Notes: generated from the sequence alone by a model not told the origin. A stretch of DNA of 32,000 nucleotides from Mycobacterium leprae TN (GCF_000195855.1 NC_002677.1:2430001-2462000); one strand, 5' to 3'; shown: positions 1-10,440, counted from the stretch's first letter. Translations and numbers: made by a program.

Positions 1-71
1 CCACCATATCAATCGCAGGTCACTACGTTAAATTTTAGACGAGACTGCACTAAAAACCTACTTAGGCCTAC

Positions 72-90
72 TTAGGTTAGACTCCACTAA
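72..90. promoter_or_regulatory. Candidate IdeR/DtxR iron box upstream of the bfd-like gene
   Basis: TTAGGTTAGACTCCACTAA matches 15/19 positions of the mycobacterial iron-box consensus TTAGGTTAGGCTAACCTAA. An extra TTAGG half-site lies at 62-66 inside a direct repeat CCTACTTAGG x2 (57-76). It sits 105 bp upstream of the ATG at 196. Confidence 0.6.
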
Positions 91-195
91 TATGCGACCT
101 GTTTGCCCGACGGCATCGCCTGGGTTTCTAATCAAGCGAGATACGATGAGCGCGCATCTAGTGAGGCATGTCACCTGCGGTCGGGAACTTTGCTG

Positions 196-420
196 ATGTA
201 CGTCTGTCTGTGTGCCGGTGCCACCAACCAAACTGTGTGCGATGTCGTCGCACGTGGTGCGACGACGTCCAAGGAGATAGCAGCCGCTTGCGGAGCGGGC
301 AGTGACTGCGGACGCTGCCGACGCACATTGCGGGCGATCATCGCCGCCTCAAACCCGACTGTGAAGCCTGACTTAACCCGACCAGCTAAACAATATGTCA
401 AATTGCGTGGCGGTCGGTGA
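196..420 (+). CDS. bfd: Bacterioferritin-associated ferredoxin-like [2Fe-2S] protein (BFD family), 74 aa from internal ATG
   Basis: MYVCLCAGATNQTVCDVVARG...CGAGSDCGRCRRTL has the CxC ... CxxC spacing of BFD-like [2Fe-2S] domains. The upstream part of the ORF (103-195) looks non-coding. Confidence 0.75.
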   Translation: MYVCLCAGATNQTVCDVVARGATTSKEIAAACGAGSDCGRCRRTLRAIIAASNPTVKPDLTRPAKQYVKLRGGR

Positions 421-1983
421 AGTCCACTCAAGCTACGGCGGTGGCCTGAACGCCCATACAGATCAGCGAAGTGAGGACTTCCTCGCACGGGTCGCTGCGG
501 CGATCTCAGCACAGATCGGTTCGATCCTCGTGGTGCTTGACTGCCATCCAACTTGAAATTGGCCTGGAGGCAAGGATTCGGCATGTCGGCAGGCTTCAGA
601 CAGCAGAACTTCCGGGTCGCACACCCGCCAGACCAGCCCCATGGGCAACGCTTCGTAGGCGTGAATCCATCTCCCGAGGGCATCAACAGCCAGGCAGCCC
701 GCCGACCCCGTCACTAGGTCTCTCGCTGTGATGTTTAACCGTTGCCGTGCATCCGCGTTCGCGCGATCAACACCACACAGCACACCGTTCCTTTGGCCAT
801 CATTCGGTCGTACTCTTGCCAGCTGTCATTGCTGCCGCTCGTAGCGGTAAAAACCTTATTACCTTGAACTTAAATTTTTAGAGTACAAAGCTGTAATTAG
901 TCGGCATCGGCCAGTCACGGCTGTGTCTCATCCGACCCGCTCCGTGCAGTCATCGACAGTCCCCCACTGCCATTCGCTGGGGAAGGTTATGACCAGCTAC
1001 GACCGGGCCTGCAGATTGGCGATTTTCACTTTCCTCCAGGCGGTAGAACCTATAAAAAGAGGATTCGCCACTGGCGGGGTTTGGCAACAGGACGACATTA
1101 ACTAACGAAGTCTGCACCGTTTCGCCAGAGTGAACCGTGGAGACCACCGCTAGATCGTTTTCTATCGCTGCGAACGCCACAGTATTAGTTAAATGTTGTT
1201 TAGTATCCTCCTAGGAGGTCCTCGCTCATCTGAAACGGTGACTTGAACATGTAGCAGCTAGTTGGAACAACGTCAATATTTTTGTTCACGCCAAATGCAG
1301 TTGTGCTAAGTAATTGCTCAGCTTAGCCCATGTTGCAGATCGTTGTCGTAGGTGTCCTCGAAGAAAGCCTTCAGACCGATGATCGCCTCCGCTAGGAACA
1401 ACTCTTTGACGGTACCCGTGCTTCCCGGCGAGTGTGAAGTGAGAGTACGTACGACCCCAGCCTGGATGTACCCAAATGTCAGCTATATCTCAATGATCAC
1501 CTACGTGTGGCCACGTTGCCAACGACCCAGTCAAGTCCCCCTGTTCTAGGGGAATGAACTGGCATGGCAGAACAATGTTTCCTAAACACGTTGTACGAAT
1601 ACATGATTCAGTAACAATCGGCGTCAGTGGGATCGATTCTGTCATCAAATACACGCCGAGTTGATCGCACTCCTAAGCCAGCCACTTAAGTGCTATCGCC
1701 GTCTGATCAGCAGAGCATTGCTGAGTCCACAGAGTCACCACCAGCAGCAACGTTGTAAACGTCATGAATTTGAGTGGCGAACCGCGCTATTATGTGGACG
1801 TCGATCAAGAACCCGGGAAACCGAACCCAACAGCGCATCGGCGACCGCGCCCCCCTGGGAGCGTACCAACCATCATCGGACTCAGCACGCATAAGCAGGG
1901 CGATTATCTTTTCCTACTAGGGCGAGCTTACCGTCGCTGGCATGGGCATGAGGACGATCTCTGGTTTGCCGGTACCCGAACTG

Positions 1984-2919
1984 CTATGCGACCAGCCGCA
2001 CATGATGCTCTGTACTAATCAACTCACCAATGATCTTGGCAATCTGCCGATAGGAAGCACTGCGACCGCTAGCGGAGCGGAAAGCCAGACCAATCCGTCT
2101 CCCGGGGCAGGGGGCAGCGAACTGGGCAAGTCCAAGTTTGCTACGCACCGACTCGACAGGCGCAGCACTCTGCGGGAGCAGCGTCACCCCCAACCCGCCG
2201 GTCACGCATTGCACAGCGGTCGCCAACGACGCTGCGCGGGTGTTAGCCAGCTCGGCCTGCACTCCCGATTTCCGGCAGATATCGAGGGTCTGGTCTCGCA
2301 AGCAATGACCCTCATCCAACAACAACAGCGGCAATTGCGCCAGTGCCGTTGTCGGCACCCGGCGCTTGCCGGAAAGCGGATGCCCTGGGGGTAGCGCGAG
2401 GACAAAATCCTCATCATAGATTGGTATCTCGGCAATCCCGGCAGTTTCAACCGGTAAGGCGATCATTGCAGCATCTAATGCCCCCTCACGCAACGCGGTC
2501 AGCAGGTGCTCTGTCTGGTCCTCGACCACTCGCAAGGTTAACGTCGGCAGCCGATGGGTGAGTCCAGTCAACATCGTCGGCAGCACATACGGCGCCACGG
2601 TGGGAATCAGTCCAAGGCGCATGCCACCTCGCAGCGGATCCGATTCGCCGGCAGCTGCTGCGGTGAACGCGTCCATCGCCTCGATCGCAGCCTGGGCGCG
2701 TGGTAGTAGGTGCCTACCCTGCGTCGTCACGAAAACCCGTCGGGTAGAACGTTCGATCAGCTGCACACCAAGTCCGGACTCCAGCGCCGCTAACGCCTGC
2801 GACAACGTCGACTGCCTCACGCCGAGAAAGCTTGCCGCGGCGCTGAAGTGACCCTTCTCAACCACTGCGACAAAGGCGCGAAGCCCAGCGATGGTGGGCT
2901 GATAACTCTTATCACTCAT
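1984..2919 (-). CDS. oxyR: LysR-family hydrogen-peroxide regulator OxyR, 311 aa
   Basis: Intact HTH ([40 protein letters not shown]) and effector domain with the conserved [12 protein letters not shown] peroxidatic motif. Divergent from ahpC. Confidence 0.95.
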   Translation of the reverse strand: MSDKSYQPTIAGLRAFVAVVEKGHFSAAASFLGVRQSTLSQALAALESGLGVQLIERSTRRVFVTTQGRHLLPRAQAAIEAMDAFTAAAAGESDPLRGGMRLGLIPTVAPYVLPTMLTGLTHRLPTLTLRVVEDQTEHLLTALREGALDAAMIALPVETAGIAEIPIYDEDFVLALPPGHPLSGKRRVPTTALAQLPLLLLDEGHCLRDQTLDICRKSGVQAELANTRAASLATAVQCVTGGLGVTLLPQSAAPVESVRSKLGLAQFAAPCPGRRIGLAFRSASGRSASYRQIAKIIGELISTEHHVRLVA

Positions 2920-2928
2920 ACCGATAAG
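2908..2928. promoter_or_regulatory. Probable OxyR/LysR operator overlapping the oxyR start
   Basis: Inverted repeat CTTATC-N9-GATAAG containing a T-N11-A/ATC-N9-GAT LysR core, in the divergent oxyR-ahpC region. Confidence 0.65.
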
Positions 2929-3028
2929 TATAGTGTGATATATCACCTTTACTTCAGACCAAACTCACGGCAACCTTGAAGGATAGTGTAAAAATCTGAT
3001 TTTGAATCAATCCAAACAAGGATCGGAT

Positions 3029-3616
3029 ATGTCATTGCTATCAATTGGCCAACAGTTCCCCGCCTACCAACTCACCGCGCTGATCGGCGGCGACTTATCA
3101 AAGGTTGACGCACAGCAGCCTGGTGACTACTTCACCACCGTCTCCAGTGACAGCCACCCAGGCAAGTGGCGCGTAGTGTTCTTCTGGCCGAAGGACTTCA
3201 CCTTCATTTGTCCGACCGAAATCGCGGCGTTCGGCAAGCTGAACGAAGAGTTCGAAGGCCGTGGAGCGCAGATTCTCGGAGTTTCGATCGACAGCGAATT
3301 CGTGCACTTCCAGTGGCGTGCACAGCACGAGGACCTCAAGCGGCTTCCCTTCCCGATGCTCTCGGACATCAAGCGGGAGCTTTCTGCGGCCAGCGGAGCA
3401 CTCAACGCCGATGGTGTTGCTGACCGTGTGACGTTCATCGTCGATCCCGACAACGATATCCAGTTCGTCTCGGTCACCGCGGGTTCCGTGGGACGCAACG
3501 TGGAAGAGGTGCTGCGGGTGCTCGATGCCCTACAATCCGACCAACTGTGTGCATGCAACTGGCGCAAGGGCGACCCGACTCTGAACGCGACTGAATTGCT
3601 CAAGACGTCAGCCTGA
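3029..3616 (+). CDS. ahpC: Alkyl hydroperoxide reductase C (peroxiredoxin), 195 aa
   Basis: MSLLSIGQQFPAYQLTALIGGDL...FFWPKDFTFICPTEIAAF...LCACNWRKGDPTL: canonical mycobacterial AhpC with Cys-containing FxxPTE and CACNW motifs. Confidence 0.97.
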   Translation: MSLLSIGQQFPAYQLTALIGGDLSKVDAQQPGDYFTTVSSDSHPGKWRVVFFWPKDFTFICPTEIAAFGKLNEEFEGRGAQILGVSIDSEFVHFQWRAQHEDLKRLPFPMLSDIKRELSAASGALNADGVADRVTFIVDPDNDIQFVSVTAGSVGRNVEEVLRVLDALQSDQLCACNWRKGDPTLNATELLKTSA

Positions 3617-3655
3617 CCGGGGCAGGCCTGATCTCCAACTTAGATTGGAAGGCAT

Positions 3656-4108
3656 ATGAGCATCGAGGACCTCAAGGTCGCGCTGCCGGAGTACACCAAG
3701 AACTTCAAGCTCATCCTGGGCTCAATCGCCCGCAACACCGTACTGAACGAGAAGCAGCTATAGGGCACGCTGTTCCATAACGTTGCAGCGACGCGGAACG
3801 CGCAAATGCCTACCCTAGAGTCGACCGCCGAAGCAGCCAATTCGTCCGGGTTCTACCTCGGCCGTGGCTTCCTCGACAGTCAACATGGCGATCTGCATTC
3901 TGAGTTGCGGATGAATATCATCGCCAACCCGGGAGTCGACACAAGACGCTTTCGAGCAGTAGTCCTCTGCGGTATCGCCGATCAATGGGTGCTCGCACTG
4001 CGTTGTAGACCATGAGCACACGCTGCGTGAAGCAGGTACGGATCGAAAGGCGTTATCGGAAGCGTTGTAAGGTCACGCAGTTATTGTTTCCGATGTAGCA
4101 CAGTGGAT
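3656..4108 (+). pseudogene. ahpD: Degenerate ahpD (alkylhydroperoxidase D)
   Basis: ATG at 3656 reads [35 protein letters not shown] then TAG (3761-3763). The same frame continues GTLFHNVAATRNA...FYLGRGFLDSQ...LRMNIIANPG. A frameshifted remnant [23 protein letters not shown] follows. Confidence 0.88.
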
Positions 4109-4371
4109 TACCACCGCTGAGATACTGTCCACGATCGGCTGATCATCAGCGCGGTGAAGGTGCCCACGCGGTTCCACTTAATGTGATTCTGGTAGCAGGT
4201 CTATACGCTGGGTTTCTTAGGCCCCTTCCTCGCGCCCCGTCACTGGGCCTACCGGGCCCAGGCGAACATTAGCTCATTAGCTGCGGCTGCTGGTCGGCTG
4301 GTTTGATCACACCATCGAATATTCGGGGGCATCTGGGATTGCGTTGGGGAATCGATCTTTCCCTGAGTCAC

Positions 4372-5490
4372 AGATGGCTACGACACCACCGACCACTACA
4401 TGTATCGATCCCAGGCTCGGTGACGACGCCGACTTCGACTAACTGCTCGCCGAAGCGCACCGCCGGGGCCTGCGTGTTCTGCTCGACAGCATGTTTAATG
4501 ACGTCAGCGTGCACTGGAAACACTATCCGCAATGCACCGCACAACAGCGGCGTCGGCACGCTAGTTTCGGGGAGCACGATCGTTTCCACACACTCAACAC
4601 ACGCTCAAGGGGCACTCCGGCCTCGTGACCCTCAACCACGATAACCTCGAAGGTTGCAGACTACGTCACCAACGGCATGGGGCACTGATTGCAGCGTGGC
4701 GCTGACAGTTAGCGACTAAATGCAACTTATGCTGTACAGCAAGTATTCTGGAATACAACAGTACCAAAAGTCTGCGAACTGCATCCGGATGCTTGGTGCG
4801 TCGGCGAGTTCATTCACAGCGATTATGCATCCGTGGCCGGCTCCGCCGGATGCAACTCCGTCACCCAATACGAGCTGTGGAAAGAGCTCTAGAGCAGCCG
4901 CAGCGATGGCAACTTCATCGAGCTGGGTTAGGCGCTGCAACGAAACAACAAGTTGCTGCCGAGCTTTGCGCTGCTGAACTTCAGCTGTAACCACGATGTG
5001 AGCCGTATCGCCAGCCAGCTTGGACAGCCTGAACATCTGACCCATGCGCTAATAATCTTGCTGACCGTCGCCGGCGTACCCAGCGTGTACGCCGGCGACG
5101 AGTTCGGGTTTCGCGGTCTCAAGGAAGAACGCTACGGCGTTGACGACGCGGTACTTCCGGAGTTCTTCTCTCCCCCAATGCAATTAGATGTATTCGGCGT
5201 CCATGCGTGGGCGCTGCACCAGTATCTGATCGGGCTGCGTCGGCGCCACCCGTAGCTGCACTTCTGCATCGACTGTCGCCCTGCGGCTGGACAACCGGAA
5301 CTACGTCTATCAGCTACGCAATGGCCGGAATCTGCGGGAAGCACTGCTGGTCACATCCAACATGGACAACGAGCCGTTGCACCTAGTGCTGGCTGAGATG
5401 GTCACCAAGCAAGCACACTTTGTCGCCAGATCAGCAACACTGCCCCAAGAGATCGTCGGCTCGGTGGTCGGCGAGGCTCACGGCTGGTAG
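4372..5490 (+). pseudogene. Degenerate GH13 alpha-glucosidase/alpha-amylase-family gene
   Basis: Frame-broken segments: DGYDTTDHY..., AEAHRRGLRVLLDSMFNDVS, DYASVAGSAGCNSVTQYELWKEL, ASQLGQPEHLTHALIILLTVAGVPSVYAGDEFGFRGLKEERYG, LIGLRRRHP. Multiple stops and frameshifts. Confidence 0.8.
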
Positions 5491-5558
5491 ATCTTGCAAC
5501 CAACATAGGTTAGATTGCCCAGGCGAGCATGGGTCGACCACAGTAAGGATGGGAAACG

Positions 5559-6803
5559 ATGGCAGCCAAACGGCGGATGCCCAGAGTCCACGACCTGGCC
5601 CCGCTGATCCAGTTCAAACGGCCCAAATTCGGAGCGACCAAACGCCGCCTCGAGGCCGCGCTGACCATTCAGGATCTGCGGTGCATTGCCAAACAGCGCA
5701 CCCCAAAGGCCGCGTTCGACTATACCGATGGCGCCGCCGAGGACGAGCTATCCATTAAACGAGCCCAACAAGCCTTCCGCGACATCGAGTTTCACCCGGC
5801 TATCTTGCGTGATGTCACGAACGTATGCGCCGGATGGGATGTGCTCGGGCATTCGGTCTTGTTGCCGTTCGGAATCGCGCCAACCGGATTCACTCGGTTG
5901 ATGCATACCGAGGGTGAGATTGCCGGCGCGCGGGCTGCTGCTGCAGCCGGGATCCCATTTTCGTTATCCACTCTCGCCACCTCTGCGATCGAAGATGTAG
6001 TGGCCGCCGTTCCGCAGGGCCGCAAATGGTTTCAGCTGTACATGTGGCGGGATCGTGACCGCTCAATGGCGTTGGTCGAGCGCGCCGCCGACGCAGGGTA
6101 CGATGCCCTGCTGGTCACGGTCGACGTTCCGGTCGCCGGCGCGCGGTTACGTGACACCCGCAACGGCATGTCGATCCCGCCGGCGTTAACACTGCGAACT
6201 GTGTTCGACGCGCTGCCACACCCGCGCTGGTGGATTGACTTGTTGACTACCGAGCCTCTGGCATTCGCATCGTTAGATCGCTGGTCGGGCACTGTCAGCG
6301 ATTACTTAAACACCATGTTCGACCCCAGCGTCACTTTTGACGATCTGGCGTGGATTAAAACCCAATGGCCCGGCAAGTTCGTAGTGAAAGGAATCCAGAC
6401 GCTCGACGACGCTCGCGCCGTCGTTGAGCGCGGTATCGACGGTGTCGTGTTGTCCAATCACGGCGGGCGGCAACTTGACCGGGCACCGGTGCCCTTCCAT
6501 CTACTACCTACGGTGGCGCGTGAATTCGGCAAGGACACCGAGATACTGTTAGATACCGGTATCATGTCCGGCGCTGACATTGTGGCAGCAATTGCACTGG
6601 GAGCCCGGTGCACACTGGTCGGGCGAGCCTACCTCTACGGGTTGATGGCCGGTGGCGAAGCGGGCGTCAGGCGCGCGATCGAAATCCTGGAAAGCGGGGT
6701 GATCCGCACGATGCAACTTTTAGGTGTGACCTGTTTAGAGGAACTCTCGCCCAGACATGTGACGCAACTACAGCGACTGGGCCCCATTGAACCACCAGCA
6801 TGA
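5559..6803 (+). CDS. lldD2: FMN-dependent L-lactate dehydrogenase, 414 aa
   Basis: Full-length alpha-hydroxy-acid dehydrogenase: [60 protein letters not shown]. Confidence 0.92.
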   Translation: MAAKRRMPRVHDLAPLIQFKRPKFGATKRRLEAALTIQDLRCIAKQRTPKAAFDYTDGAAEDELSIKRAQQAFRDIEFHPAILRDVTNVCAGWDVLGHSVLLPFGIAPTGFTRLMHTEGEIAGARAAAAAGIPFSLSTLATSAIEDVVAAVPQGRKWFQLYMWRDRDRSMALVERAADAGYDALLVTVDVPVAGARLRDTRNGMSIPPALTLRTVFDALPHPRWWIDLLTTEPLAFASLDRWSGTVSDYLNTMFDPSVTFDDLAWIKTQWPGKFVVKGIQTLDDARAVVERGIDGVVLSNHGGRQLDRAPVPFHLLPTVAREFGKDTEILLDTGIMSGADIVAAIALGARCTLVGRAYLYGLMAGGEAGVRRAIEILESGVIRTMQLLGVTCLEELSPRHVTQLQRLGPIEPPA

Positions 6804-7137
6804 CGTAACTAACGTGACGCGGGCGCCGCAGTGTTTCTTACCCCGCATCGAAGCAACCAGCCTCAATCATCGCAGAGCTCACTGGGCTTCGTCTCGTTAG
6901 GTTCGGAGCGAGCTCTACTCTAATATAGACTATGAAGACCACTAATTTCCGTACCAGATGATACGTTCGATCACGTTTCGTGGCAAGCGCGTGATCTCCG
7001 CATGAGCCGGTCGGAGTTCTTCACACGAGCCGCATAGCGCTAAATGGACAAATGGGACGGCCAATCTTTGACCAGACAAATTGACAACGTTTTGGCGTAC
7101 CTGGGTTATGGACCTGATGACAGCGATGACATGGAAG

Positions 7138-7186
7138 CCGCCGTGGTGGCTGTCGGGCACCTGGTGCCCGACAGCCACCACGGCGG
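7138..7186. repeat. Perfect 24-bp inverted repeat with 1-nt spacer (hairpin/cruciform or terminator-like)
   Basis: CCGCCGTGGTGGCTGTCGGGCACC-T-GGTGCCCGACAGCCACCACGGCGG. It overlaps by 3 nt a second dyad CGGGTGAT-G-ATCACCCG (7184-7200). Confidence 0.9.
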
Positions 7187-7684
7187 GTGATGATCACCCG
7201 CGGTAGATATCTACTGGGCCGATCTCGGCGCGCTCTCTGGTAACGGACCTGGCAAACGTCGTCCGGTGGTCGCGATCCAATCCGATTTGTACAACGCCAG
7301 TCGCCTTATCGCGGTGTTAGCCGCCGTGATAGCCGGCCCGTACAAGGCGAGCAACCATGCCAGGCAGCATGTTCCTAACCACTATCCATAGCAGGATTGC
7401 CACACGACTCGGTCGTCAACGTCACCGCACTTGTTACTCTGCACAAAGCCGATCTAATCAGGGAAATACCGTCGGGCTTGATGTACGAAGGTCGACCGCA
7501 GACTTCGTCGCGTGCTCAACCTTTGACATAAATCGATTGTTTCCTAAAAATTTTCGACGATTACTACCGAACCCCTGTTTGGGATCATCCTGGTCACGAT
7601 GGTTGCACAACTCGTCCGTCAAGCTCGAACCGCTTTCAGATAGCCTCCTCCACACTTTGCAGCTCCCGCTGCCACATTGCTGGG

Positions 7685-8062
7685 TTGATATTTTCGTTGG
7701 CGTTTTCCATCCCGGCAGATAACGCCAGGAATAGCGTGTCGCTGAAACGCAGACCGACACACGTTTGCCGCCGCGTCATCGTAGTATTTGAGACAATCAC
7801 AGTCATGACCAATTTGTGGGATTTGAAACAGAAGGTAATTTACAGCATTCAATGGCTGGTGGTCAATTCATTAGGTCACCAGCTGCCGAGGACAATGCTG
7901 GAAACTATTCGCCGTAAAACTGGTCAGCCGTGGCGGACCGCAGCCGGTGTTCACCCGGTAGACAACCAGTTCGGAATGGTTTGCGAAAACAGCGAGTATT
8001 CGGATTACGTCTACAACATCAAGGCTAACACCGCTGTGCGAACGCACAAAAGTAAGATCTAG
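7685..8062 (+). pseudogene. Possible remnant of a deazaflavin (F420)-dependent nitroreductase/DUF385-like gene
   Basis: ORF contains RRKTGQPWRTAAGVHPVDNQFGMVCENSEYSDYVYNIKANTAVRTH, resembling the TxGRxSGxxRxxP...HPxWxxNLxANPxV pattern. Borderline similarity by eye. Confidence 0.35.
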
Positions 8063-9140
8063 CCAACCAGATTAGCAAACTGTTTGGTCCGGAACGCGGC
8101 GTCAAGGAGAAGCGAATGTTCGGTGGGCTGGCATTATGAATTAACAGCCATACAATCGGTGGCTGTTAACGGCCAGGGAGGGTTGCTGGTGCTGCCAAAA
8201 AAACACCGAGCAGCTGCTTGACCGGGAACATGTCAGCTCGATGGTTATGGCCGGTCGAAAAGCCCGAGGTTGTTTACACATTGACGCGGACGAAGTGAAG
8301 ACCAAAAGCAAACTGCAATCCTGAGTTAGTTGCGGAGCAGACTATGCGAGATCACTCAAGCCAAAACAATACCTTCGGTAAGTTTACGTCCACCAGGACG
8401 GTGCCATATGTTTGTAAACATGGGCATCACGGTACGGGGTACGTCGTACCCAGCAACCAGCACACTGGGTACGACGACTGCTGAAGGTCAACTGAACCAC
8501 ATACTCGGCCGAAGCGGGAATCCGGATCAGCGGCATTGGCTTGCCATTGATCCGGTTGCTGGTGCTGTGCATGTTTGCTAGCAAGCCGATTGATACGACG
8601 ATGGCGGTGCGCGACGCGCAGGCACTGTTCGAAGCCGGCCTGCGTACGCAGCAGGCCGTGCTGACATCCGGCCAGCGTACTATGATCAGCGCATTTGGTC
8701 GGGCTCACTAAGTGCGTTATGACGAAAGCTCGTCCACCCAGCCCGGTCCAGCGACCGACATCGCGTAGCACATCCACGACGAGTACACGAATAATCTTCG
8801 CTAAATGACCCATTATAGCCGCAACGATGTTCCTACGGCTAAGCGAAGCAACTCTATCAAGAAGTTGAAAGGGATTAGCAATAACTAGTGCTGACATTTA
8901 TCTAAACGAAGTCCAAGATATATGGACAGGGTGCGACCGTACTTCGGTGAACGCGCCATAGCGACAACCAAAATATCAGGACTGCCCAACAACCCGGCAA
9001 AACTGGATACCTTGGCACCGCGCACTCATGCTTGTCTGGCTGCCAATCTAGTCAGGTCGACGCTCGACCACGACGTAACCCAGCACGTGGCCGGATAATC
9101 CTTGACTCCATCCCGTAGTAGACTAGGGGGGCTTGGACAA

Positions 9141-10130
9141 CAGATATGGAGCAGCGACCATAGCCAACTCGATCACATTCGTCATTGTTGGCAGAGGACT
9201 TGCTGGAGGCAAAGCAGTAAAAACGTTGCACGACAGTGACTTTAACGGTAAGTCACTGCGCTCACCGAGGAGCAACAGCTGCCCTACGAGCGATCTCCGC
9301 CATAACAAAAAGCATCCGGCCGGCAAAAAGTCACCAAGCAGCTTCACCGTCCAGACGGTCTATCGGTACCGCTAACACGATGTCAACCCGAGAATCGGCG
9401 CACGAGTATTGTCGTCAGATCATGCCACATACCACCGTCGGGCTATCCGACGGAGCTGCGGTGCAGGACGACAAGCTGTTGTTGGCAACCAGATCGGCGT
9501 CGCGGCACCCAGCTATACCTGTATCCGACGCGGCCGGAGTCCACTATCTACACACCTAAATAAAGATGCTTAGTCGATGAATTCTGTTCTTTTCGAAGGG
9601 TATTCTCTCGCTGTGCTGGGAACAACTAAGTAGGTAGATTGTGTTGTGAAATGGCTGCCGCCGTCCTGCAGCGCGGGGTCAACGTCACTGTCGTCAAAAC
9701 AGCCAAACAATCACTGGTGGCTGCGCTCGACACAAAACCGTAGGTGAAATGTTCGCCGCCCTGCATCGCGATCGCGGAGTGAATCTACAGTTACAGACGC
9801 AGGTCGAGGAAATCACCAGGGCCGACGGAGCGGATGACAAAGCCACTGGGGTCAAGATGCGCGACAGATCCACGGTTGCCGCAGATGCGGTGCTGGTGGC
9901 CGTCGGCACCAAACCGAACATCGAACTCGTCGAACAAGCCAGGCTATCAATAGATAGCGATGGCGTGTGCTCGTCGACGCATCCGCTACGTACCAACGAT
10001 CCTGACGTCTACGCGGTCGGTTATCTCACTTCTGCCGAACACCCGCTGTTTACCATCCGGATACGCACCGGGCACTGGGCCAATGTGCTCAACCAACCCG
10101 CGGCGGCCGGAAGGCGCTTGGAAGTCTCAA
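9141..10130 (+). pseudogene. Degenerate pyridine-nucleotide/ferredoxin-type reductase (Rv1869c-like)
   Basis: Broken frames: FVIVGRGLAGGKAVKTLHDSDFNG, HTTVGLSDGAAVQDDKLLLATRSASRHPAIPVSDAAGVHYL, VNLQLQTQVEEI...DRSTVAADAVLVAVGTKPNIELVEQARLSID...RTNDPDVYAVG, RTGHWANVLNQPAA. Confidence 0.85.
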
Positions 10131-10149
10131 CGCCGCTGATACTGTGTCG

Positions 10150-10440
10150 CAAGTTTCAAGGATGCCTGAATTTGAGCCAGTGGATCAAGACCTTCACCCA
10201 AGCGGGGAAACCTGGTGCCTACGTACGGGTGATATCGTCCGCAACAGTGCGCGTCGGCGACATGATCACGATCGATTACCCACCCACTCCGACCCACTCC
10301 GATAACAAGGTGACCGTCGAACTCGTCTTGCGCGTCATTACGACTAAAGTTGACACCCACCCGCTAATGTCGCATCTCGGCGCTGCACCAGTTCCGGAAC
10401 CAGGTCGCCGTCATCGTGGGTGCTGGTGCAGGTGCCAACG
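10150..10440 (+). pseudogene. C-terminal remnant of a MOSC-domain protein
   Basis: WIKTFTQAGKPGAYVRVISSATVRVGDMITIDYPPTPT...VTVELVLRVITT resembles the MOSC C-terminus plus 3-alpha motif. It is fused in frame to unrelated upstream reductase debris in ORF 9749-10447. Confidence 0.5.

Noticed and set aside
171-783. Antisense and overlapping ORFs around bfd (171-686 -, 463-783 -, 471-731 +)
   Set aside because: No recognisable domains and unlike typical mycobacterial proteins. Likely chance ORFs in GC-rich or decayed DNA.
1207-1218. Perfect 12-bp palindrome CCTCCTAGGAGG
   Set aside because: Short, isolated, with no adjacent intact gene. Plausible by chance.
1661-2018. Several ORFs of 60-85 codons between 1661 and 2018
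   Set aside because: No family similarity, mutually overlapping, and in a non-conserved tract just 3' of oxyR.
1942-2851. Plus-strand and second-frame ORFs inside oxyR (1942-2394, 2558-2851, 2202-2450 -, 2343-2561)
   Set aside because: Shadow ORFs of the strongly supported oxyR gene.
3127-3603. 158-aa antisense ORF over ahpC
   Set aside because: Serine/arginine-rich mirror translation of a well-supported gene.
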